NCBI GenBank assembly: GCA_947630945.1
Contig: CANRJN010000002.1
Location: 1-50,567 of the forward strand
Direction of reading: 5' to 3'
DNA length: 50,567 nt
DNA from: an uncultured Bacilli bacterium
GTDB lineage: Bacteria; Bacillota_I; Bacilli_A; RF39; UBA660
Numbering within the stretch: the stretch's first letter is position 1; every line of letters starts with the position of its first letter. Position numbers and translations under genes: made by a program. The notes under the pieces were generated by a model. The model did not search any database, was not told the origin of the DNA, and was given only the letters and a program-made list of their open reading frames with translations. Below, in pieces: positions 37,021 to 46,287 of the stretch.

Positions 37021-37403
37021 TTCATTTTAATTGATTTTCTAATCAAACTTAATGATAATCCCTCTTCTTGATGTAAAGAATTTATTAAATCATTTATATA
37101 ATCTATTTTTTCTTTAATTATTTCTTTTTCCTTTGATAAATTATTATTTATAGCATCTAATAAATCTATATTTCCAAGATGATTACATTTTTTAATATAA
37201 TAATATATATCTTCTGGTCCATAAATCATACCAAGTTCATAATTATTGTTATCATATACCACATAATATTTTTCATTTTCTTCGCATATATAATTTGTTT
37301 TAATATATTCATTAACTTTATTAAACAACTTTTCAACATTAATATTTTCTATATTACTAATATAATCTTTATTTTTTAATTCATTTAATACTTCACTAAT
37401 CAT
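37011..37403 (-). CDS. hypothetical protein
   Basis: 130-aa ORF, spaced 2 nt from the upstream gene. No recognisable motif. Confidence 0.6.
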   Translation of the reverse strand: MISEVLNELKNKDYISNIENINVEKLFNKVNEYIKTNYICEENEKYYVVYDNNNYELGMIYGPEDIYYYIKKCNHLGNIDLLDAINNNLSKEKEIIKEKIDYINDLINSLHQEEGLSLSLIRKSIKMKMY

Positions 37404-37405
37404 TT

Positions 37406-37873
37406 TTATCTTCCTCTACCACTACTTAATTCTTCTTCATAATAATTATTATTTAAAAAACTTTCATACATTTTTTGATTATAACTTTTTTTGAATTCTT
37501 CTTCTATTAAAATTAATTTAGTTAATATTGATTTATATTCACTTTCAACCATATATTTTCTATATTTATTTATGATAATACCTTTTAATCTATTTATTTC
37601 ATCAAGTACCATTCCTGTATCATCATCAGTAGTTTCATCATCATTTAAAATACGTAACATAAACTTAATTATTTTATCTAGTTTTCTGTTAATACGTGTT
37701 TTAATAAATGAGTCTTGTAAAGCAGAATCAACTAAAATAACTTTTTTTGCTTTAATATTGAATCCTGAAACTTCATTTTTAGGAGTAATATCAAGACCTG
37801 TCATATTTACATTATAATAAACTAATTTCGTATTTTCGTTATTATTATCTATTATGTATTTCATATAAACCAC
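37406..37873 (-). CDS. hypothetical protein
   Basis: 155-aa ORF, 2 nt downstream of trmD. No recognisable motif. The start may be the internal MKYII. Confidence 0.6.
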   Translation of the reverse strand: MVYMKYIIDNNNENTKLVYYNVNMTGLDITPKNEVSGFNIKAKKVILVDSALQDSFIKTRINRKLDKIIKFMLRILNDDETTDDDTGMVLDEINRLKGIIINKYRKYMVESEYKSILTKLILIEEEFKKSYNQKMYESFLNNNYYEEELSSGRGR

Positions 37874-37875
37874 CC

Positions 37876-38535
37876 TTACATTATATCTTGTCTATATTCC
37901 TTTGTTATTCTCTTTCTTTCACTTTCTCTAAATTCATTTATTAATTTATGATTTCCACTAAGTAATACATCAGGTACTTCCATTCCTCTAAAATCACGAG
38001 GCTTTGTATAAACAGGATAATCTAATAAATTATCATTAAAACTTTCATATTCTAAACTTGTACTAGTAATAACACCATCAATTAATCTTATTACTGAATC
38101 ACTTATCATCATTGCTGGAAGTTCACCACCTGTTAATATAAAATCTCCAATTGATATAAGTTCATCTGCAAGTGAATAAATTCTCTCATCAAATCCCTCA
38201 TAATGACCACATATAATTATTAAATGTTTTTTATCTTTTAATTCATATGCTTTTTTTTCATTATAAGTTTTACCTCTTGGTGTTAATAAAATAACATGTG
38301 AGTCCTTAGTCTTAATACTTTCTACTGCATTAAATACAGGTTCACACATCATTATCATACCACCACCTCCACCAAATTGATAGTCATCAACTTGATTATT
38401 TTTATATGGGGTATAATCTCTAATGTCAATTATATTTATTTCTACTTTATTTTTTTCTATTGCTCTTTTAATAATGCTTTCTGTTTTAAATCCATCAAAC
38501 ATATTAGGAAATAATGTAAGTATATCTATTCTCAT
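37876..38535 (-). CDS. trmD: tRNA (guanine37-N1)-methyltransferase
   Basis: MRIDILTLFPNMF, GGGGGM, ICGHYEGFDER, IGDFILTGGELPAM. Confidence 0.93.
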   Translation of the reverse strand: MRIDILTLFPNMFDGFKTESIIKRAIEKNKVEINIIDIRDYTPYKNNQVDDYQFGGGGGMIMMCEPVFNAVESIKTKDSHVILLTPRGKTYNEKKAYELKDKKHLIIICGHYEGFDERIYSLADELISIGDFILTGGELPAMMISDSVIRLIDGVITSTSLEYESFNDNLLDYPVYTKPRDFRGMEVPDVLLSGNHKLINEFRESERKRITKEYRQDIM

Positions 38536-39011
38536 AAAAACACCTCAATATTATGCATATATATTGATTTATTAGTTTTATCTATTTTACTAATAAAATC
38601 TTTATTATAAGGAATAAATTTATCATTAATTCTAATTACTTTATTACCATTATCATTTCTATATTCTTCTATTTTTCCAATTAAAGTATCATTATTATAT
38701 ACATTCATTCCAATAAATTCACTTTCTAATATTTCATCTTCTTTTAAATGTAATAATTCATAATCAATATATACCGCGTCCCCCTTATATTTTAACACAT
38801 CATTAATATAATCAATACCTACAAATTTTACCATATCAAATTGTTTATGATGTCTATATGTTTCAATTGTTTCTGGGGATTTAAATTGTCCTATATATAA
38901 AGTATTAGTAGGCATGAATACTCTATCTTTAAATTCAAAATTACTAATTATTCTAACCTCTCCTTTTAAAGCATGAGTATTTACTATTTTTCCAACATAA
39001 ATATATTTCAT
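38532..39011 (-). CDS. rimM: 16S rRNA processing protein RimM
   Basis: GKIVNTHALKGEVRI at the N-terminus (RimM signature), PRC-barrel-like C-terminus, and a 4-nt overlap with trmD. Confidence 0.88.
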   Translation of the reverse strand: MKYIYVGKIVNTHALKGEVRIISNFEFKDRVFMPTNTLYIGQFKSPETIETYRHHKQFDMVKFVGIDYINDVLKYKGDAVYIDYELLHLKEDEILESEFIGMNVYNNDTLIGKIEEYRNDNGNKVIRINDKFIPYNKDFISKIDKTNKSIYMHNIEVFL

Positions 39012-39014
39012 ATT

Positions 39015-39743
39015 TTACCTCTTATACATATGATATAAAATAATTCCACAAGATACTCCAACATTTAAACTTTCACAAGAATTATTCATATCAATTCTTA
39101 CTATTTCATCACATTTATCTAATATTTTAGGGTTTACTCCATTTCCTTCATTTCCAAATACTACTGCAAATTTATCTAATGGTTCTATTTCTTCTAAGTT
39201 TTTAGATTTTTGAAGTGATGTTCCAATTAATTTAATATTATTTGATTTAATTTTATCTATTTCTTCATTAATATCACCAATTATTATATTAATGTTGTAT
39301 ATCATACCACCTGTACTTCTTAATACTTTTTCATTATATGGACTAACACTATTTTTAGATAATATTATTGTATCAATATCAAAAGCAACTGCATTTCTAA
39401 TAATAGTACCTGCATTACCTGGATCTTGTATATCATCTAATATTACTATTTTATTGCCTAATGTACTTTTATTTATATATTTTGATACACCTATTAATCT
39501 TGGAGTACTTTTTAAATCACTAATACTTTTCATAACATCTAAACTAACAAAATCATAAGGAAAATCAAAGTTAACATTTTCTCCTTCTAAAACATATAAT
39601 TCTTTTAACAACTTATTTTTAATTGCTTCTTCTATTAAATTTTCTCCTTCGATTATAAAAAGACCTTTATTAATTGAATATTTTTTATCTTGTAATTTTC
39701 TTATTTCTTTTATTCTATTATTACTTTTAGATGTTATTAACAT
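39015..39743 (-). CDS. SpoU/TrmH-family RNA 2'-O-methyltransferase
   Basis: DIQDPGNAGTIIRNA, FGNEGNGV and SLNVGVSCGIILY, which are SPOUT motifs 1-3. Confidence 0.88.
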   Translation of the reverse strand: MLITSKSNNRIKEIRKLQDKKYSINKGLFIIEGENLIEEAIKNKLLKELYVLEGENVNFDFPYDFVSLDVMKSISDLKSTPRLIGVSKYINKSTLGNKIVILDDIQDPGNAGTIIRNAVAFDIDTIILSKNSVSPYNEKVLRSTGGMIYNINIIIGDINEEIDKIKSNNIKLIGTSLQKSKNLEEIEPLDKFAVVFGNEGNGVNPKILDKCDEIVRIDMNNSCESLNVGVSCGIILYHMYKR

Positions 39744-39744
39744 T

Positions 39745-40380
39745 TTACTCCTCCTTTAAAACAATTTGATTTTGTTTATAATCAGGCTTATATTTTTTTA
39801 CATATTTCCAAAACATTTTTGAATGATTAAATTCTAAGAAATGACATAATTCATGTATTACAACATAATCAATTTCATCAATGCTATATTTAATTAATTC
39901 AAAGTTTAGTTTTATTAATTTTTCTCTTTTATTACAGTATCCCCATTTCCTTTTCATTTTTCCAATTAATACTTTTGGATAAGGAATATCTTCTTCAAAT
40001 AAATTATAACATATTTTTACTCTTTCATTAAATATTCTATTTGCTTCATTCTTTAAAAAAGTATCTAAATATTTTTTATCTTTAACAAATACTTTATCAT
40101 CTACAAATTCTATTTTAGATACTGTGTTTAATATTATTACATCATATTTATTTCCTAAGTAATAAAATTCTTCTTTCTTTTGTTCTTTTTTTTGTAGTCT
40201 ATTATAAGCATCTATTATAGATTCTTGATTAGTTTTTATAAAAGATAAAATCATTCCTTTTGTAACTAAATGATTACAAGAAATATATATCCCATCTACT
40301 TTTACTCTTAAATACATATTTTTAATACTTTTACGAGTAATATATACATTAAAATTTATATCTCCAAGAACTATTTGCAT
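39745..40380 (-). CDS. YgjP-like (DUF45 / M48-related) zinc metallopeptidase-fold protein
   Basis: HELCHFLEFNHS and the R..KR.WG.C pattern (KRKWGYCN). I chose the start at MQIVLG (ATG at 40380, AGAGG RBS 7 nt upstream). The track extension to 40494 uses TTG and runs through a structured GC-rich element. Confidence 0.8.
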   Translation of the reverse strand: MQIVLGDINFNVYITRKSIKNMYLRVKVDGIYISCNHLVTKGMILSFIKTNQESIIDAYNRLQKKEQKKEEFYYLGNKYDVIILNTVSKIEFVDDKVFVKDKKYLDTFLKNEANRIFNERVKICYNLFEEDIPYPKVLIGKMKRKWGYCNKREKLIKLNFELIKYSIDEIDYVVIHELCHFLEFNHSKMFWKYVKKYKPDYKQNQIVLKEE

Positions 40381-40454
40381 ATCAAAACCTCTAAATAAAT
40401 TATAACATTTAATCCAGAACAAAAGATAAATTTCAATAATTAAAATTATTTCTT

Positions 40455-40545
40455 TTATCCTGAGTAACTTCACAGTTACTCTTTTCTGCTTCAACGAATT
40501 TTACTTCTCCACAGACCATATTTCCGAACGTCGCGTCCGTACTTT
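40455..40545 (-). ncRNA. unclassified GC-rich structured element in the 5' leader of the ygjP-like/trmD operon
   Basis: There are two strong hairpins. The first is GAGTAACT-nnnn-AGTTACTC (40462-40481), whose loop is the GNRA-type GUGA on the minus strand. The second is CGAACG-nnn-CGTCCG (40525-40539). Local G+C is clearly above the surroundings. The class and the strand of function are unresolved. Confidence 0.35.
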
Positions 40546-40602
40546 TAACTTTTTATCCATTTTTAATTTTCAATTATTACTTTATAATCATCTGATATAA
40601 TA

Positions 40603-40631
40603 ATTATATATTACAAACAAACGTATGTCAA
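40603..40631 (-). promoter_or_regulatory. consensus sigma-70 promoter
   Basis: On the minus strand: TTGACA (40631-40626), a spacer of exactly 17 nt, then TATAAT (40608-40603). The predicted leader is about 215 nt before the ATG at 40380. Confidence 0.65.
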
Positions 40632-40715
40632 TAATGTCTTGTTTTTTTATTTTCATAAAAGAAAATTACAAAAGAAATTATCTGTGATTTATTTTGATAA
40701 GAACTTTCCTATTAT

Positions 40716-40745
40716 ATAAAAAAGGAAGTTCGTTTGATGAACTTC
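40716..40745 (-). terminator. rho-independent terminator after the 609-aa surface protein gene
   Basis: 7-bp stem gaagttc/gaacttc (40725-40731 and 40739-40745), followed on the minus strand by CTTTTTTAT. Confidence 0.7.
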
Positions 40746-40751
40746 ATAATT

Positions 40752-42581
40752 TTATATTTCTTCTCCAACACCTTCAATAGGTTGTTCTTCCCAAACTGCT
40801 TCTAATGTTGTATCTTTATTTTCTTCTGGTTTATAATCTTCTGGTACAACTTCTTCTTTACTTTCTGCTTTTTCTTCTGGTTTCATTTCTGAATTATCAG
40901 TTGAAGTTGTTGGTTCTGTTACTTCTTGTGGTGTAGGTTCTGTTGTTGATTCAGTTGTTGGTTCTGTTAAAGTTTCAGTACCATTTTGTTCAACTTCACT
41001 TGGTGTAGTTTCAGTCTCAGTAGTTGAATTTAATTCATTAGATTTTTGATTTTGTGAATCTACACTTTCAGTTCCTTGTGATGTTTGTGATTTATCACTA
41101 GTTAGTGTAGGCTCTGTATTGCTACTTGGTGTAGTATCACTCATAGTATTAGTATCTTGATTTGATTCTGTTGATTCTAATACATTTTGATTTGAAGAAT
41201 CTGGATTTGTAGTTTCAGAAGTTACAGTATCTTCCAAAGGTTTAGTTTCTGTTTCTTTCCAACCCTTAAATACTTTTTCTTTTTCTTCTACATTATCCCC
41301 TTCTTTTGGAGTATATCCATTTGCTGATTTACTTGAAACTTCACTTAATTTTATTTCATTGTCTTCTAGATATTCTTTATCATCTGAAACAACTTTTTTA
41401 CTATTAAGTGTTTCTTCATCAACAGGAACAAAGTATGTTGGAACTTCCATTCCTAAATCTTCTGGATTAGGAAGTTCATATTCTTCTAATTCTTGTTCAT
41501 TATATCCAACAACTACTTCTTCATCTCCACTTTTATATACTACTCTAGCAGCACCACATACTGCATATAATGATTTATCTACTCTATCTTCTTTTAATCT
41601 TATGTTTGAACTAATATTGTTACTATCACTACTCATAGCCCATCCTAAGAATTTCTCATTTACACTACAATATGCATCATTGCCACTTTGAACGCCATAA
41701 CTATCAAGTGTATCTTTTGTAACTTCATCATGAATTACATTTTTACCTTCATAGTCATAATAATTAACATTCAAATGGTCTACTATTTTTGCTGTTAAAT
41801 ATATTTGATTATTTTTATTAGCATAATTAATTATATCTTTTGTAAGTTTAGTAATTTTATTACTATTTAAATACCAACCTTGGAATATTCCATCATAATC
41901 AATTGGCTCACTTAAAGTAATATTTCCATCTTCTACTGTATATTCAGTAGGATTATTACTTACGTAATTATCATAAATAACTTCATAATGAATTACTTTA
42001 CATACCATATAAATATTTTTATTTTCATTTACAGAAGTATTAAAGTTATATTCATTTTTCATATTTTCATCAGTATAATATTTACAATCAGTATAACCAT
42101 CTGGTGTATATTTACTAACTTTATTACCTTTATTTACTTTTTTAACATTCTCTTCACCATTTAAATAGAATGTAACTTTATATTTAGTATCACTAGTAGT
42201 TTTCTTTGTAGTTGACACAGCAACAACTTTTTTAACTACTTCTTCCTCTTCAACAACCTTTTCATCTTCTTCCTCATCATCGCTTGGTACTACTATTGTA
42301 TCATCTGGTTTCTTAGGTTCTTCTACTTCTTTTTCTTCTTTCTTACATCCAACTAGAAGACCTATTACAGTGGCTACAATAACTAATATTGCTAATGCTA
42401 TAAAAACAATTAATCTTTTATCATCTTCATCATCGTCTAAAAAGTCATCAACATCATTAACTTTTTCTTTTACTTTTTCTACTTCTTCATGAACTTTAAC
42501 TTCTTTGACATTAGAATTTGAAGGTTTATAATTATTCTTTTTAGTATTAGTTTTCTTAGAAGTACCCTTACCTTCTTTCAT
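40752..42581 (-). CDS. membrane-anchored surface protein with Listeria-Bacteroides (Flg_new / InlB B-repeat type) repeats and a low-complexity acidic T/S/E/P tail
   Basis: K-rich N-terminus and one TM helix (LIVFIALAILVIVATVIGLLVG). Repeats of the type Y.V.F...G.........Y....GW (YKVTFYLNGEE, YEVIYDNY...FQGWYLN, FLGWAMS, FKGWKE). C-terminal TEPT/ESTE-rich region. Confidence 0.75.
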   Translation of the reverse strand: MKEGKGTSKKTNTKKNNYKPSNSNVKEVKVHEEVEKVKEKVNDVDDFLDDDEDDKRLIVFIALAILVIVATVIGLLVGCKKEEKEVEEPKKPDDTIVVPSDDEEEDEKVVEEEEVVKKVVAVSTTKKTTSDTKYKVTFYLNGEENVKKVNKGNKVSKYTPDGYTDCKYYTDENMKNEYNFNTSVNENKNIYMVCKVIHYEVIYDNYVSNNPTEYTVEDGNITLSEPIDYDGIFQGWYLNSNKITKLTKDIINYANKNNQIYLTAKIVDHLNVNYYDYEGKNVIHDEVTKDTLDSYGVQSGNDAYCSVNEKFLGWAMSSDSNNISSNIRLKEDRVDKSLYAVCGAARVVYKSGDEEVVVGYNEQELEEYELPNPEDLGMEVPTYFVPVDEETLNSKKVVSDDKEYLEDNEIKLSEVSSKSANGYTPKEGDNVEEKEKVFKGWKETETKPLEDTVTSETTNPDSSNQNVLESTESNQDTNTMSDTTPSSNTEPTLTSDKSQTSQGTESVDSQNQKSNELNSTTETETTPSEVEQNGTETLTEPTTESTTEPTPQEVTEPTTSTDNSEMKPEEKAESKEEVVPEDYKPEENKDTTLEAVWEEQPIEGVGEEI

Positions 42582-42629
42582 TTTACCCTCCTTCTATAGT
42601 CATTATTTATCTTGACTACCCTAATAATC

Positions 42630-42658
42630 ATTATAGTCATCAAAAACAATTAAATCAA
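42630..42658 (-). promoter_or_regulatory. candidate promoter of the surface protein gene
   Basis: On the minus strand: TTGATT (42658-42653), 17 nt, then TATAAT (42635-42630). A strong GAAGGAGGG RBS lies at the start codon. Confidence 0.5.
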
Positions 42659-42681
42659 TAAAACCTGTAAACTTTTTGTAA

Positions 42682-42710
42682 ATAAAAAAGAGTTTTTATT
42701 GTAAACTCTT
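42682..42710 (-). terminator. rho-independent terminator after ftsZ
   Basis: 8-bp stem aagagttt/aaactctt (42688-42695 and 42703-42710), followed on the minus strand by TTTTTTATTT. Confidence 0.7.
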
Positions 42711-43776
42711 AAAAATCTCTATTTCTTAAAAATGCTGGCATTTCTAGTTCTTCCTCTTCCTCAGGAATTTCTTGAACAACACTTTTTTCTCTTTCACCTT
42801 CAATTGAACGATATAAAGGTTCTGTTGAATCTTCAAAACCTGTTGCTATTACTGTAACTACTATTTCATCAGTTAAGGCTTCATTAACAACGGCTCCAAA
42901 TATAATGTTAACATCAGTATTAGCAACTGCTCTTACAACTTCTACTGCATCTTCTGCTTCAAATAATGTCATTGAGTTACCACCTGTAACATTTACAATA
43001 CAATCAGTGGCTCCATTAATAGTTTGTTCTAAAAGTGGACTACTAACGGCTTGTTTTGCTGCTTCTACTGCTCTATTATCACCAAATCCAACTCCAATTC
43101 CAATTAACGCGTCTCCTCTATTTTCCATTACTGTTCTAACATCTGCAAAATCTAGGTTAACAAGTCCCGGAACACTAATTAAATCAGATATTGATTGTAC
43201 ACCTAATCTAAGTACATTATCAACTTCTTGGAATGCAGCATTAAGTGGTGTAGATCTATCAATTAAATCTCTTAATCTATCATTTGGAATTACAACAATA
43301 GTATCAACATGTTTTCTTAATTCATCTAATCCAACTAAGGCATAATCCATTCTTTTTTTACCTTCAAATTTAAATGGTTTTGTAACAATAGCAACAGTTA
43401 AACATCCTAGATTTTGTGCTATTTCTGCTACTACCGGAGCAGCACCTGTACCTGTTCCACCACCAAGACCACAAGTTACAAATACCATATCTGCTCCCCT
43501 TAACGCGTCTTCAATCTCTTCTTTTGTTTCAAGGGCTGCTTCTCTTCCAACTTCTGGTCTAGTACCAGCACCTCTTCCTTTTGTAATTGTTTTACCTAAT
43601 TGAATTTTATGCTCAGCACGAGAAACATTTAAAACTTGTTGGTCGGTATTAGCAACAATAAATTCAACTCCTTTAAGTCCTGAATCTATCATTCTATTTA
43701 CAGCATTACATCCTCCACCACCGATACCAATAACTTTAATATCAGCAATTTGATCCATCTCTAATTTGTTATTCAT
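42709..43776 (-). CDS. ftsZ: cell division protein FtsZ
   Basis: [14 protein letters not shown], tubulin signature [18 protein letters not shown], and the conserved C-terminal peptide ELEMPAFLR. Confidence 0.97.
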   Translation of the reverse strand: MNNKLEMDQIADIKVIGIGGGGCNAVNRMIDSGLKGVEFIVANTDQQVLNVSRAEHKIQLGKTITKGRGAGTRPEVGREAALETKEEIEDALRGADMVFVTCGLGGGTGTGAAPVVAEIAQNLGCLTVAIVTKPFKFEGKKRMDYALVGLDELRKHVDTIVVIPNDRLRDLIDRSTPLNAAFQEVDNVLRLGVQSISDLISVPGLVNLDFADVRTVMENRGDALIGIGVGFGDNRAVEAAKQAVSSPLLEQTINGATDCIVNVTGGNSMTLFEAEDAVEVVRAVANTDVNIIFGAVVNEALTDEIVVTVIATGFEDSTEPLYRSIEGEREKSVVQEIPEEEEELEMPAFLRNRDF

Positions 43777-43786
43777 ATTTCACTCC

Positions 43787-45025
43787 TTAATTATTGAAAA
43801 AATATCCATATATTTTTCCAAGTATTGAACTATTATTTCCTTTTTTATTATTAATTAATTCATTTTGTTCTTGTTCATCTACTGTGTATGCAAGTTTATT
43901 TCTAAAAGACAACTTATCATGATAGTATTTGATAAAACCAAGAGCAGATGAGAATTTATTATGTCTACATCCGATTTCTTTTACTCTATAAACACTCTTA
44001 TCTTCACCAAATACTTCATTAACTACTAAATTAAAATCATTTAATTCACTAGTTCCCCCTGTAAATATTATATAACTAATTTCTAACTTTGTTAAGATAT
44101 TTATTTGTTTTTTAGCAAGTTCTAATATTTCTTTGATTCTAGAATATATAATTTCACTTACCTCATATTGATTAATTTTAATACTTTCTTCACTATTTGT
44201 AAGCATATCTTCACTCCAAGATGTTGATGCATTTCTTTTATGAGCAAGTGCAAATTTTTCTTTAATCATTATCGCGTCTTTTCTACTAATATCATATATA
44301 TAGCAAATATCTCTATCTATATTTTTACCACCAATTTCTATATTTTCTGTGTCTATTAGTATTCCTTTTTTAAATACACTTACTTCTGTTTTTTCCATTC
44401 CAATATTTATTACTACACTATTCTTTTTATCAAATTCTTTTGTCTTAAATTCAAAATAATCAGCAACACTTCCAAAATTTATATCAACTACACTTACTCC
44501 AATATTTTCAAGTAAAGATACTGCTGTATATACATTCTTTTTAGGTACTAAACTTAATACTGCTCTACATTTAAGTTTATTTGCTTTCATACCTTTTGGA
44601 TCTAATATTTTAGTTTCATCATCATCTATTGTAAATTCAATTGGTGTTACTGCTATAAACTCTTTATTTGTTGGTACTTTATTATAAACACACGCTTGTA
44701 ATGTTCTTACAATATCAGCACTACCAACTATTCCCTCTGGATTAGTTATTGTACTAACTCCATCGGTTATTAAAAATTCTGCATAATATGATGGCACTAT
44801 TAATATTACTTTATTTATATTTATACCAAGTGTCTCTTCACATCTTGAAAATACTTCTTTTATTGATATTAATGTTTCTTCAGGATTTACTATAATTCCT
44901 TTTTTTACCCCATTAGATTTTACTTCGGATACTGATAAAACATTTACTTCATTATTGTATACTTCACCTACAACTAATTTTACAGTAGATGAACCTATAT
45001 CTAAACTTGATATTATTTCTTTCAT
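43787..45025 (-). CDS. ftsA: cell division protein FtsA
   Basis: Actin-like ATPase motifs SLDIGSSTVKLVVGE, INIGMEKTEVSV and FTGGTSEL. It lies immediately upstream of ftsZ. Confidence 0.93.
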   Translation of the reverse strand: MKEIISSLDIGSSTVKLVVGEVYNNEVNVLSVSEVKSNGVKKGIIVNPEETLISIKEVFSRCEETLGININKVILIVPSYYAEFLITDGVSTITNPEGIVGSADIVRTLQACVYNKVPTNKEFIAVTPIEFTIDDDETKILDPKGMKANKLKCRAVLSLVPKKNVYTAVSLLENIGVSVVDINFGSVADYFEFKTKEFDKKNSVVINIGMEKTEVSVFKKGILIDTENIEIGGKNIDRDICYIYDISRKDAIMIKEKFALAHKRNASTSWSEDMLTNSEESIKINQYEVSEIIYSRIKEILELAKKQINILTKLEISYIIFTGGTSELNDFNLVVNEVFGEDKSVYRVKEIGCRHNKFSSALGFIKYYHDKLSFRNKLAYTVDEQEQNELINNKKGNNSSILGKIYGYFFNN

Positions 45026-45146
45026 GTATCCTCCTTATAATCTATTAACATTATATCAAATATTATATTTTTTTTAAAGTTTATTTAAAAAACATAATTT
45101 TTAATTATGATTTACTACTTATTTATCTAACTTTTTAATTATATTT

Positions 45147-45653
45147 TTAATTATTTTCAGTATAAATTACTTCATCAAATAAGTAATTTATATTGAAGTT
45201 ATAGTAAGGCGTTATATTTTTATCATTTCCTTTATAATTTATAGTTACATTTAATTTTTTATCACTACTTCCTCTAATTATTTCATCTTTATTTAATGAA
45301 ACTAATACTTCTATATCATTTGAATTAATATTTGTATCAATATTACTAAGTGAATAATTATTTACAATAACATCTTCATTTCCTATATTTTTAACATCTA
45401 AACTAAATGTATTATTGTTTATTTCATTTAAATTAGGAATTTCTATATGTATAGAATCTTTATCATTATCTACTTTTACTATCATATCATTATTATTTAA
45501 TGTAGTATTAACAAACATAATATCATAATATTTTTTAATAAATTTACTTGTGCCTGTTTCACTATTATTAATTACTAAAAAAGTAATGGTAGATGCTACT
45601 ACTAATAAAATAAATACTATAATCATAATAGAATAATAAATTTTATCTTTCAT
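45147..45653 (-). CDS. membrane-anchored hypothetical protein
   Basis: One N-terminal TM helix, then an N/D-rich, beta-looking extracytoplasmic domain. No motif. Confidence 0.6.
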   Translation of the reverse strand: MKDKIYYSIMIIVFILLVVASTITFLVINNSETGTSKFIKKYYDIMFVNTTLNNNDMIVKVDNDKDSIHIEIPNLNEINNNTFSLDVKNIGNEDVIVNNYSLSNIDTNINSNDIEVLVSLNKDEIIRGSSDKKLNVTINYKGNDKNITPYYNFNINYLFDEVIYTENN

Positions 45654-45723
45654 ATAACTCCTTTTCTATTCTATAAAATATAATACCATAAAAACACAAA
45701 AAAAGCATTAGTTTTCCTAATAC

Positions 45724-46287
45724 TTATTTTGTTAAAGATACAACAGAGGTTGATGATGCTACTTTTAACAATTCTTCATTTGTTAGATTATCTCCTATTA
45801 TGTAGTAGTCTTTTCCATCCATAGACCAATTTAATGATGTTTCTGTTAAATTTCCAAGTACATTCTCATAGAATACTAGTTCACCAGATGATGTCGTAAC
45901 TTCAAATTGATCTGGACACGCAGATGCTTCTTCTATTAATATAAATGATTTATCTCCTGTAAATGTTAATATAACTCTTTCTGCTTCATCTGTTTTAACT
46001 GTTTCTTCACTTTTAAATTTAGTACCTGTTGGTAAATACATAGGATATACAATTTCATCTAATGTATTTGAAGTATTTATTTCTTCTTCACTAGCAGTAT
46101 TTTCTACTTCAAAATAATCATCATCAAGTTTACTTCCAAATTCTATTTTAGATATTTTAAATGTTATATTTTCTGTACCATTTTTATCAAATACTTCTAC
46201 AAGTTCTGGTACCATATCTTTATTAAATATTATTTTTTGACTTACAAGTGCACTATTATTTGGATAGTTTACTGTTGATGATAACAT
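45724..46287 (-). CDS. 5'-truncated LolA-like / DUF4367-type lipoprotein-sorting family protein (remnant ORF)
   Basis: The C-terminal half (YLP.G......E........L.F.G......I.E...) looks like DUF4367. The same frame stays open without a start codon up to 46437 (VIVVTPSLNKSFKFQSEWPFNSSQ...), where it meets a TGA. No signal peptide or lipobox is present. Confidence 0.55.
   Translation of the reverse strand: MLSSTVNYPNNSALVSQKIIFNKDMVPELVEVFDKNGTENITFKISKIEFGSKLDDDYFEVENTASEEEINTSNTLDEIVYPMYLPTGTKFKSEETVKTDEAERVILTFTGDKSFILIEEASACPDQFEVTTSSGELVFYENVLGNLTETSLNWSMDGKDYYIIGDNLTNEELLKVASSTSVVSLTK

Noticed and set aside
40381-40494. N-terminal 38-codon extension of the YgjP-like ORF (TTG start).
   Set aside because: It covers the structured GC-rich leader element and has no RBS. 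The internal ATG at 40380 has an AGAGG RBS, and the conserved protein begins there.
40455-40545. Possible SRP (4.5S/scRNA) RNA, because of the word GAAGCAG and the hairpins.
   Set aside because: The conserved helix-8 context (GGUCAGGUCC-GGAA-GGAAGCAGCC) is not reproduced, and the 5' and 3' ends do not pair into the expected long hairpin. It is kept only as an unclassified structured element.
40470-40560. Short peptides in the leader: MDKKLKVRTRRSEIWSVEK and MVCGEVKFVEAEKSNCEVTQDKRNNFNY.
   Set aside because: Neither has a convincing Shine-Dalgarno sequence. They overlap the RNA hairpins and show no recognisable family.
901-43345. All plus-strand ORFs in the supplied track: 901-1185, 4106-4306, 13544-13741, 13968-14168, 14918-15418, 16821-17036, 18118-18351, 20841-21269, 21607-21822, 24502-24741, 27246-27569, 31330-31669, 35978-36292, 37179-37379, 37491-37817, 39292-39558, 41359-41691 and 42905-43345.
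   Set aside because: Each lies antisense inside a well-supported minus-strand gene. Their translations are low-complexity, Leu/Ile/Phe/Ser-rich products typical of shadow ORFs in AT-rich DNA. None has a convincing RBS or motif.
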